This document shows positions 6,418 to 13,611 of a DNA stretch of 13,647 bases, piece after piece. Every line of letters starts with the position of its first letter. Within the stretch, counting starts at the first letter, position 1. The notes beneath the pieces are model-generated. The model did no database searches. It had not been told where the DNA came from and saw nothing but the letters and a program-made list of their open reading frames with translations. The DNA comes from Elainellaceae cyanobacterium (GTDB taxonomy: Bacteria; Cyanobacteriota; Cyanobacteriia; CAZCXK01), in assembly GCA_051117555.1 (NCBI GenBank), contig JBNPEG010000004.1:1-13647 (forward strand). The letters are read 5' to 3'. A program made the translations under genes and the position numbers.

Positions 6418-8034
6418 CTATACAACAGTAATAATCGTATCAAATATTACCTGCGTTCCCTCTCGCAGCAAGACTTCGGTGGTAATCGTGTGCGTGCCGT
6501 TGGTGACCTGTCGGGTATCAAACGGGGTCGCCGTTTTCACGCTGCCGCCTTCAAAGTCGTAGGGCACCGCATTTTCAACTTGATGGGTTGGCCCGGTGCG
6601 ATCGGGGTCATCTAACCAATACTTGACCTGTTCGATATAGAGGTCGATATCTGGTGTCAAAAACGCATAGATAGCTCCCTCCACCGTTGCGTTATTGAGA
6701 TCCAGTATGGGTTCACTCCGGTCAGGGTGTTTAGAAAAGACCAACTTATAGTCAGATGGAAGGGGAGGATGGTTATCAATGGTGAAGGGTGTGGTTAGGC
6801 GTGTTTCGGTGCCGTCGGTGAGGCGTAGCCTAGCATCAATGTCATACTGCCCATTCCGGATTCGGCGGGTGTCGAGTGGTTTGGCCGTGGTCACATCTCC
6901 ACCTTCGAGGTCAAACGGGGCGTGCCGTTCGATTTGAGTGGGGCGATTGTCAGCCCGTCCAAAACTAAAATCAACTCGGTCAATGCCTTCGCTAGGAAAC
7001 ACAAAGGCATAGATGTCTCCGCCTACAGTAGATCCCTCTAGCCGTCGAAGGGGGGTACTGCGATCGGGGGTTTTTGAGAATACGAGCGCATAGGATTCTA
7101 CTTTCTCGCTGAAAAATTCGCTAGAAATGATATCGTCAACCGCAACGTTGAGAGACACTCCATTCGGCACGGTCTCAACCGGAATTGGATGTCCTTCGGT
7201 TTCGGTGACGACAACATCAGTCAAGATGAACTGATCCTGGGGAGTTTCAGTCACCGTGGCCTGACTAATCCCCTGAAGATTTTGCACCCGCCATCTAAAG
7301 TTCACCACGCCATCCTCGCGCGTAATACCATCAGCAGGCGTTGTGACTAGGGATTGAGGCACTGCCCCGGCTAAGTGAATGGCAAACTGCCAACCGGCGG
7401 CAGCGGCATGACTCCCGTCTGGTTGTTTTACCTTTTTGATGGCAGTAATCGATGAACCACATAGCCTCAGGGCGATCGCCCGCAGTTGATTCGCTAATGT
7501 ACCAAAATTTGAGAGATAAAAATCGTCATTTTCAATCGGCCCTGAAATTGCCTTAAGATTCTCGACATTGAGATTATCTCCAATGCCAATCGCAACAATT
7601 CTGGTACCGTCACTCTTAATCTGGTTTGCCGCCCCGACACCATTCTGAAGCGGAGCAATAATTGATTGAGAGCCTCCGGGATTGCCATCGGTGGTGAAAA
7701 TGATCAGATCGCCCTGCAACGTTCGAGCTGTATTAAAGGCCGCTTGCCAGTTTGTTCCGGTACCCTTGCGGGGGAAATTGAGAGCAGCTTTGACGGTTTT
7801 TGCTCCGTTTGGGTCGAGAACGCTGGTTAATTCGAGAATGACCGTAGCCTCAATATTGAAAATGACAATGCCAATCTTCGATGGCGTGCCCGCTAGTGCA
7901 TCGATAAACTGACGGGCCGCTTCTCGCACCTGTTCAATTTCAACATTATCGACTGAACCTGACTCATCAATTACGATGACCACATCGAGCCCGCATCGGT
8001 TTGGAAAAGGCGGGTTGGGCAGGGACGATATCAT
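6418..8034 (-). CDS. vWA-domain protein with CnaB/pilin-like middle domain and two tandem C-terminal Ig-like repeats
   Basis: MIDAS motif VIVIDESGS, GTNWQAAF, IIFTTDGNP and IVAIGIG. Two related C-terminal units begin Y(A/K)LVFSK.PDRS. An RBS (AGGAG) lies upstream of the ATG. Confidence 0.88.
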   Translation of the reverse strand: MISSLPNPPFPNRCGLDVVIVIDESGSVDNVEIEQVREAARQFIDALAGTPSKIGIVIFNIEATVILELTSVLDPNGAKTVKAALNFPRKGTGTNWQAAFNTARTLQGDLIIFTTDGNPGGSQSIIAPLQNGVGAANQIKSDGTRIVAIGIGDNLNVENLKAISGPIENDDFYLSNFGTLANQLRAIALRLCGSSITAIKKVKQPDGSHAAAAGWQFAIHLAGAVPQSLVTTPADGITREDGVVNFRWRVQNLQGISQATVTETPQDQFILTDVVVTETEGHPIPVETVPNGVSLNVAVDDIISSEFFSEKVESYALVFSKTPDRSTPLRRLEGSTVGGDIYAFVFPSEGIDRVDFSFGRADNRPTQIERHAPFDLEGGDVTTAKPLDTRRIRNGQYDIDARLRLTDGTETRLTTPFTIDNHPPLPSDYKLVFSKHPDRSEPILDLNNATVEGAIYAFLTPDIDLYIEQVKYWLDDPDRTGPTHQVENAVPYDFEGGSVKTATPFDTRQVTNGTHTITTEVLLREGTQVIFDTIITVV

Positions 8035-8108
8035 AGGTTTCTCCTACTACGCGGTCTTAAATCGCTTGTGATTGCTACACAGATTGCCAAAGGCACTCGC
8101 CTCAACGC

Positions 8109-8147
8109 ACTTTGATTGATAACTTTGATTGATAACTTTGATTGATA
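8109..8147. repeat. Perfect tandem repeat (ACTTTGATTGATA)x3
   Basis: Copies at 8109-8121, 8122-8134 and 8135-8147, in the divergent vWA/DUF1643 intergenic region. Confidence 0.95.
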
Positions 8148-8272
8148 GCGGTCTGTGCTTTGGTTAAGTGCAAATTGATTCAGGGAGCAATTTTAGGCAA
8201 TAGGTGTTCCAGAATCAAAGTGTACTGGGTTCCTAATTCGGACAAGATGAAGTCTTCTTGAAGAAATCTCTG

Positions 8273-8791
8273 ATGGATTCTGCAATTGTATTGTCACCCT
8301 GCCAAACCTATCGCTATGCCCTCTGGCGCATCTGGGAAAATACCATGCCGTGGGTAATGTTTGTCGGGTTAAATCCCTCCACTGCCGATGAACTTCACAA
8401 CGATCCTACGGCGCGGCGATGTATCGGATTTGCCCGAGACTGGGGATATGGAGGTGTTTGCATCACCAATGTGTTTGCGTACCGCTCAACAACCCCCCGA
8501 CGGTTGCGATGGGTGGATGACCCAATCGGGGTAGAAAACGATCGCTGGCTGACAAATCTCAGCCAACAGGCAGCGCTGGTGGTTGTCGCCTGGGGAAATC
8601 ATGGCACGTTGGCACAGCGAGACCAGGCGGTGTTATCTCTACTCAATCAGCCGTATTACTTGTCGCTCACAAAACGAGGCCAGCCCGCTCATCCTCTATA
8701 TTTGCGTAAGGAATTGAAGCCGATTCGTTGGCAGTACGAGACACAGCAGACTAATCAAGGCATTAGTCCTCATTCTAATCATCAGCGCTGA
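8273..8791 (+). CDS. DUF1643 domain protein
   Basis: YRYALWRIW, FVGLNPSTAD, DPT.RRC..FA..WGYGG, NVFAYRST.P, VVVAWGNHG and G.PAHPLY. The start is ATG 8273 or TTG 8258. Confidence 0.9.
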   Translation: MDSAIVLSPCQTYRYALWRIWENTMPWVMFVGLNPSTADELHNDPTARRCIGFARDWGYGGVCITNVFAYRSTTPRRLRWVDDPIGVENDRWLTNLSQQAALVVVAWGNHGTLAQRDQAVLSLLNQPYYLSLTKRGQPAHPLYLRKELKPIRWQYETQQTNQGISPHSNHQR

Positions 8792-8792
8792 A

Positions 8793-8952
8793 CTAGTGGC
8801 GTGGCACAGCTAATTTGGTGGATTAAAGTAGGTTGGGTTGAGGTTACGTTCGCGTAGCGTCTCCAAAGGAGAAAACCCAACAGCAGAAACCCTTTCGTTG
8901 GGTTAGCGATAGCGTAACCCAACCTACTATTTTAGGCGTGTCAAAACACTAG
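8793..8952. mobile_element. MITE/REPIN-like element: imperfect terminal inverted repeats enclosing an inverted pair of GTAG-type REPs
   Basis: Ends are CTAGTG..GGCAC..CTAA and TTAG..GTGTC..CACTAG. An internal perfect 13-bp inverted repeat is AGTAGGTTGGGTT (8827-8839) / AACCCAACCTACT (8916-8928), and each half forms its own GTTGGGTT..AACCCAAC hairpin. Confidence 0.7.
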
Positions 8953-8971
8953 GATTCTGAACTAGGATATT

Positions 8972-9532
8972 GTGAATCTACCTCAAATTAACCGACATAC
9001 CTATATTGATTTGCCCCGCCATCCCTTAATCGTCTGTGCGACGCTGGTGCAAAATCCGGCCAATCTGGGTGGGCTATGTCGTACAGCGGAAGTGTTTCGG
9101 CTAGAGTCGTTAGTATTATCAGCACTGGCGATCGCCCAAACGGCTCCGTTTCGACGGCTGTCGACCTCTGCTCATCACTGGCAACCCCTGAGCGAATGCT
9201 CCATTGCCGATTTGCCTGCTTGGCTAAACCGCCGCAAGCATGATGGGTATTGCCTGACCGCGTTGCATGCCGACTCCAACGCCAAACCACTCACAGAATT
9301 TAGATATCCAACTCGATCGGTCTTGCTGATTGGACGAGAGCTGACAGGCATTCCCATTCCTCTCATAGAGCAGTGCGACGACGTGATTACGATTCCCCAA
9401 TTCGGTCTAGTCGAATCGCTCAATGTGCAAAATGCAGCGGCGATCGCCATCTACGAATATATTCGACAGCAAACGGGGCAATCTGCCACCCGTCATTTTG
9501 CGAGTCCTTCGGATGCTAATCCTTCAGAGTAA
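8972..9532 (+). CDS. TrmH/SpoU family (SPOUT) RNA methyltransferase
   Basis: SPOUT motifs NPANLGGLCRTAE, LLIGRELTGI and ITIPQFGLVESLNVQNAAAIAIYE. GTG start after AGGA. Confidence 0.92.
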   Translation: MNLPQINRHTYIDLPRHPLIVCATLVQNPANLGGLCRTAEVFRLESLVLSALAIAQTAPFRRLSTSAHHWQPLSECSIADLPAWLNRRKHDGYCLTALHADSNAKPLTEFRYPTRSVLLIGRELTGIPIPLIEQCDDVITIPQFGLVESLNVQNAAAIAIYEYIRQQTGQSATRHFASPSDANPSE

Positions 9533-10070
9533 TTTCTAGTTGAGTTTGCTCATCGACAATGACACCCGTTAGGTCTGCACCCACCAAATCTACGTCTCTC
9601 ATATCAGCCCCTTGCAAGTTGGCGTTCGTAAGATTGGCATCGCGTAAATTTGCGCCCCGAAGATTTGCACCTGTCAGAATGGCATCACTCAAATCCGCGG
9701 CGTCAAGCTGCGCATCTTTGAGATTAGCTTCGGATAGGTCAGCGCTAACCAAGGTTGTTTGGGTCAAAATAACCTCAAAAAGATTGGCTTGGCTAAGATT
9801 TGCGTTAGTCAGATCAGACCCCGTTAGATCAACAGGGTCTGCATAGTTAAGTCCTTCAGGACTCACCGATAATGGTGTATTGCTCAGCGGAACTCGATAT
9901 TTTCCGGCTAAGTTTTCACCTGACAAATTTGCGCTGCGTAGATTGCAATCTAAGCACATCCGCTCTATTTCAATCTGATAGAGATCTTGAGCTCGGTCTG
10001 TACAGCCAAGGCAGATACTCCCAATGATTAGAGGGGCGATCGCCCGTAATCGCACGTTCATGTTCATCAT
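9516..10070 (-). CDS. Pentapeptide-repeat protein, probable lipoprotein/exported
   Basis: Long A(D/N)LxX repeat tract (ANLSQ ANLFE..ADLSE ANLKD AQLDA ADLSD AILTG ANLRG ANLRD ANLTN ANLQG) and C..CNL motif. The N-terminus VRLRAIAPLIIGSICLGC is signal-like. The start is uncertain (10106, 10070, 10067 or 10061). Confidence 0.88.
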   Translation of the reverse strand: MMNMNVRLRAIAPLIIGSICLGCTDRAQDLYQIEIERMCLDCNLRSANLSGENLAGKYRVPLSNTPLSVSPEGLNYADPVDLTGSDLTNANLSQANLFEVILTQTTLVSADLSEANLKDAQLDAADLSDAILTGANLRGANLRDANLTNANLQGADMRDVDLVGADLTGVIVDEQTQLEITLKD

Positions 10071-10158
10071 TTCCTGCGCTACAAATTCAGGAGATGCACC
10101 ATGCATTGAAACCGCATGTTAGATCGATTCCAATTCAAGTAACTCCAGTTCAAACAAT

Positions 10159-10191
10159 TTCAATGCATCTTCAATGCATCTTCAATGCGTC
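10159..10191. repeat. Tandem repeat (TTCAATGCATC)x3, third copy with one mismatch
   Basis: Copies at 10159-10169, 10170-10180 and 10181-10191. An inverted partial copy ATGCATTGAA lies at 10101-10110. Confidence 0.9.
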
Positions 10192-10376
10192 GGATCTCCT
10201 CTATTATCCCATTGTGCGAAATGGCAGGAAAAATTTCAGTAAACAAAGTCAACGTTTTGGGGCGATACGCACTCCGCAGGCAAGCCAATGCCATTTTGTC
10301 GGTATCCTGAATGCTGAATTCAGGATGATTGGGACCTGATTGACTGACAAAACTTACCAGAACCCAGACCATTCAA

Positions 10377-10495
10377 AGGGTCAGGTAACCTGACCCCTAC
10401 ATTGTCCGAAATTCCGTAGGGGCGAGGGTCAGGTTACCTGACCCCTACATTGTCCGAAATTCCGTAGTAGGGGCGAGATTTCCTCGCCCCTACTA
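10377..10495. repeat. REP (GTAG/CTAC-type) palindrome cluster with a 43-bp tandem duplication
   Basis: AGGGTCAGGT(A/T)ACCTGACCCCTACATTGTCCGAAATTCCGTAG occurs at 10377-10419 and 10425-10467. It is followed by the palindrome TAGTAGGGGCGAG-atttc-CTCGCCCCTACTA (10465-10495). Confidence 0.85.
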
Positions 10496-10502
10496 TCTCT
10501 AG

Positions 10503-10793
10503 CTAATCAACGTGATAACGCTGTTCAAGCCATATCCGCACCTCAGCTTCAGATGCCAGCGTGGCAACGCGATCTGTCGCAGGATCGTGGATTCTCCAAT
10601 ACGGATTACCGTTCGAATCTGCAACTTTCCAGATGCGAGGCTCAGAATTTGTCGCCATCGCTGATACGAGCCATTGCCAAATCTTCTGAAGCGGGGACGG
10701 ATGGGATCGAGTAACCCGTGTTTCATCAGAATTCGAAAGCAGTTCCAGACGTTCGTATCGTGTCCACTGTTCGAGGGTTCTCATAGTAATCAC
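10503..10793 (-). CDS. Conserved cyanobacterial hypothetical protein
   Basis: 96 aa with YERLELL, EPRIW..DS.GN.YW..HDP.T and SEAEVRIWLEQRY, a pattern I recognise from small cyanobacterial hypotheticals. RBS-like AAAGGTG is nearby. Confidence 0.8.
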   Translation of the reverse strand: MITMRTLEQWTRYERLELLSNSDETRVTRSHPSPLQKIWQWLVSAMATNSEPRIWKVADSNGNPYWRIHDPATDRVATLASEAEVRIWLEQRYHVD

Positions 10794-10944
10794 CTTTGGA
10801 GATTCTAGATTGCGACTATCAACTCAGCGATTGACGGGGCGTGCCGAGCTGATACGTTCACAGTAGCGATCGCACTCGATCTGAATCAAAAGGCGTGACT
10901 GATGGCACCTATGAATAAAATTGATAACAAGCGAGTCAATCGGG

Positions 10945-11544
10945 TTAAAAGTCACATCCAGCAGGTTGAGGATCTTGGTCTTCCACATCGGAGGCAAAAT
11001 TTGCGGGTAGCATGACGGATGTAAAGCCATCTGTGACAGTTCCTCGTTGGGCTTGGGGGCCATAGCCACTAGGATGCATGTGAGCCCGAACCACAATCAC
11101 TTGGTCGGGTTGGACGGCGATTGGCCCGCCAGAGCGGGTAAATGGCTGTTCATTCACGTGGCTATGGAGCAAAATTCGGCGATAGAGTAGAGTACCATCT
11201 TCGCTGAGCACTTCCCACCAATCGGCATATTGGTCGCATCCGGTGTCAGGGCTACGGACGGTGACTTCTAGAGAATAGTTTCCAGGTTCGCCTCTTACAG
11301 AAACGTCGGTGACTTCAGCAGCATTTGTCATATCAGCACCACTCGCAATATCGGCAGGATCAGAATCAGCACCATCAGAACTGGTTTGGGAGTCAGGCGC
11401 GATCGCCACTGGAGAGGGCGATTCAGGAGAGGTGGGAGCGCGGGAAGGCTGCTCAGGCGCACAGCCCAAACCACTCGCATATATACACAGGCTTAGAGCG
11501 ATCGCCCATGACTGACCAATAACAGACTTAATATTCCGATTCAT
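10945..11544 (-). CDS. Hypothetical lipoprotein with conserved Cys/His-containing C-terminal domain
   Basis: Signal peptide ending ASGLG-C, then a P/S/D-rich linker and the domain SPDTGCDQYADWWEV..RILLHSHVNEQPFTRS..RAHM..GY..PQPAGCDF. RBS GGAGG lies upstream. Confidence 0.85.
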   Translation of the reverse strand: MNRNIKSVIGQSWAIALSLCIYASGLGCAPEQPSRAPTSPESPSPVAIAPDSQTSSDGADSDPADIASGADMTNAAEVTDVSVRGEPGNYSLEVTVRSPDTGCDQYADWWEVLSEDGTLLYRRILLHSHVNEQPFTRSGGPIAVQPDQVIVVRAHMHPSGYGPQAQRGTVTDGFTSVMLPANFASDVEDQDPQPAGCDF

Positions 11545-11835
11545 AGAAATTATCCTCCAATTTTCTTAACTCAGGTCTTCCTACTGTTGAAGGAGGCTCA
11601 AAATCTCCACAGATTAAGGAACTCAAGAAACGAGTGCAAGACGTTTGATGCATTTCAACGAAACGATCCGTTAAGACCACTCTCTCAGTTCTGTGATAAC
11701 ATCCAGATGCAAATTTGATTGGTTGGTCTGAACCATCATCGCGATTTGTGATTAAGGGTTTGTGATTAGGGTTTGCAGCGAATTGATTCAATGGATAGAC
11801 AGCTCAGTTAACAGCGTTTTCGGGAGAAACTTTAT

Positions 11836-12351
11836 ATGATTGCGGTTGGTTGGCGCAAGGTGTTTGCTTCTGTTTGTCTCAGTTTGATGCTGTTGCTGAC
11901 AGCGTGTAGTGCTCCATCGGCTCCGTCGTACTACGATCAGGTTCAGGAAGAAACGACCGGGGCAAAAGCGACCCAGGCAGTTTCTCAAGACGCCGTCCAG
12001 GGCAGCAATTTTAATCAACTGTTTCCAGAATCGACGGATGAGTATGAGGTTGTCCCGGCTCAAGAGAAGCGGGGCTTTGCAGAATATAAGCTCAACCGTG
12101 ATGGCTCAACCGTGGCGATGTTGTCAGTCAACGATACGGTTAGCAATCCGGACGCGGCTGTGAAATATGCCACCACGACTCGGCAAGTCGGAGGCTATCC
12201 GGCTGTTGATATTGGCAACACTCAGACTGCAATCTTGGTGGCGGGGCGGTTTCAGGTTAAGGTGCAGTCGCGGGATGAATCCTTTACTCAGGGCGATCGC
12301 GAAGCCTGGATTGAAAAGTTTGATCTGGCAGGGCTTGCTCAAGTCCAATGA
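11836..12351 (+). CDS. Conserved hypothetical lipoprotein
   Basis: Lipobox LLLTA-C after a basic/hydrophobic signal peptide, with RBS GGGAG upstream. Confidence 0.85.
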   Translation: MIAVGWRKVFASVCLSLMLLLTACSAPSAPSYYDQVQEETTGAKATQAVSQDAVQGSNFNQLFPESTDEYEVVPAQEKRGFAEYKLNRDGSTVAMLSVNDTVSNPDAAVKYATTTRQVGGYPAVDIGNTQTAILVAGRFQVKVQSRDESFTQGDREAWIEKFDLAGLAQVQ

Positions 12352-12444
12352 GAGAATCGCTGTAGCTAGATAAACCTGGGCGATCGCCACGATGCCCTCC
12401 TCGGTTTGGTTCCTGTCCAATTAGCATTCATCGGGGGATATTAC

Positions 12445-13332
12445 GTGAGTAAGCCAATTTATCAACTCGTCGATCGCTTGCCTAACGGCGGTATCACCGT
12501 ATCATCACTTCGCGCCTTAGATTTTGTCATTCCTGGGCAGTGGGATAATCTCACCGGATTTGATCACACGATTCGCACGATCACGGGGGAAACCGATCAA
12601 GCATTGGTTCAGCAAATCGGCACGCGAGCCGTGACCCTCTTTAATGACAAGTCTCAAGGCTATCAGCGTGCTCTCTGGCTGTATCAGACCGTTGATTCTG
12701 CATCGGGTGCATTAGGAACGGCAGCGCTGGCGAATAAAGTCGGTCAGGACGTGTCTTTTCTAGGATTTCTGAAACACCTCACTCCCAAACCCGAAAAGGC
12801 GCAAAGCATCGATTTGAGCGTTAAGCTGGTCGTCGAACTGGTTGCCTTTTGCCAGATCAACGGCATTCCAGGCGATAGCATTGGCGACTTTCTAAGAGCC
12901 TTGGCGGATTATAGCGGCGAATCCTTGATGCGCATGACAGCACTGGTGTGCTTTGATGGACTGATTCCGCTGGGACCTGATTTTGCTATGAAAGGGCTTT
13001 CGACCATCAAAAAAATGAATCCGTCTGATCTGGAAGGCCATCGCACATTCAAAGCGGTGCGTGATTTGATTCCGGGAGATAGCTCTAAGGCACAGCTTAA
13101 CTTCGTGACTGCGAGCTTTGAGTCGGTCAAAGGCTGGATGGATGACTTCGTTGAGTCGAAAGAATTAACGCCTGAAAAGGTCGTCAACAATCTAGAAAAA
13201 TTTGTCGAAATTTCTAAAGACAAGCTCGATTATCTAGGGGCATTTCTGGATATGACATGCAAATATTATGAGCATACAGGGGTTCAAACGCTGGCACGTC
13301 GTCTCATCGAACGCGCTGTCGCTGAAATCTAG
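12445..13332 (+). CDS. Conserved cyanobacterial hypothetical protein
   Basis: Long ORF. The GTG at 12445 after GGGGGA gives MSKPIYQLVDRLP, which I prefer to the ORF-track start at 12406. Probably co-transcribed with the upstream lipoprotein. Confidence 0.85.
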   Translation: MSKPIYQLVDRLPNGGITVSSLRALDFVIPGQWDNLTGFDHTIRTITGETDQALVQQIGTRAVTLFNDKSQGYQRALWLYQTVDSASGALGTAALANKVGQDVSFLGFLKHLTPKPEKAQSIDLSVKLVVELVAFCQINGIPGDSIGDFLRALADYSGESLMRMTALVCFDGLIPLGPDFAMKGLSTIKKMNPSDLEGHRTFKAVRDLIPGDSSKAQLNFVTASFESVKGWMDDFVESKELTPEKVVNNLEKFVEISKDKLDYLGAFLDMTCKYYEHTGVQTLARRLIERAVAEI

Positions 13333-13361
13333 AGTCTTGCGATTCCTCTAATCCTGTCGAT

Positions 13362-13544
13362 ATGGATGAGACACTCCAATTCATTATGATTCTTGGTGGA
13401 ATCATCGTCGGTGCTGGGCTTTTATATCGGTTCATTGAACGAACAGAACCCGATCATATTGACCGGGAGCATGTCACTTTCTACGTAAAAAAATACTGGT
13501 CAGGAGAGAGGTCGTCATTCGGGAGCATGTCACTTTCTACGTAA
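13362..13544 (+). CDS. Small hypothetical membrane protein with its C-terminus altered by a duplication
   Basis: N-terminal hydrophobic helix LQFIMILGGIIVGAGLLYRFI, in the same orientation as the upstream genes. Confidence 0.5.
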   Translation: MDETLQFIMILGGIIVGAGLLYRFIERTEPDHIDREHVTFYVKKYWSGERSSFGSMSLST

Positions 13545-13576
13545 AAAAATACTGGTCAGGAGAGAGGTCGTCATTC
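13465..13576. repeat. Perfect 56-bp tandem duplication
   Basis: GGGAGCATGTCACTTTCTACGTAAAAAAATACTGGTCAGGAGAGAGGTCGTCATTC at 13465-13520 and 13521-13576. Confidence 0.97.
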
Positions 13577-13611
13577 AGATAAGCGCAACGGTGAGCCAAA
13601 ACTTGTGGAAC

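Larger units (their letters stand above)
11..12387. repeat. HIP1 octamers (GCGATCGC), 15 dispersed copies
   Basis: Starts at 11, 3033, 3209, 4106, 5583, 6167, 7472, 9128, 9440, 10036, 10866, 11399, 11498, 12293 and 12380 (manual count). Confidence 0.9.

Noticed and set aside
1773..8034. AAA ATPase plus vWA protein as a MoxR-vWA chaperone or ternary conflict system
   Set aside because: The genes are more than 3 kb apart, on opposite strands and separated by unrelated housekeeping genes. The ATPase is not MoxR-type and the vWA protein looks adhesin-like.
10094..10372. Overlapping short ORFs 10094-10339 (+) and 10160-10372 (-)
   Set aside because: They have no recognisable motifs and run through tandem repeats in a probable promoter region.
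10377..10495. CRISPR array
   Set aside because: The 'spacers' are identical and only 15 nt, the units are GTAG/CTAC REP palindromes, and no cas genes are in the window.
11692..11707. CRP-like site TGTGA-N6-CCAGA
   Set aside because: The second half-site has two mismatches, so it is too weak without conservation data.
11528..11791. 87-aa minus-strand ORF between the divergent lipoprotein genes
   Set aside because: It has no recognisable features and occupies the expected divergent promoter region.
12406..12444. ORF-track start of the 308-aa protein
   Set aside because: GTG 12445 has a GGGGGA RBS and gives a more plausible N-terminus (MSKPIYQLVD).
1784..13223. Remaining ORF-track entries nested in or antisense to the called genes (e.g. 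1784-2029, 2359-2682, 4792-5127, 7682-7912, 9559-9846, 12909-13223)
   Set aside because: They are shadow ORFs of well-supported genes, with no independent motifs or start signals.
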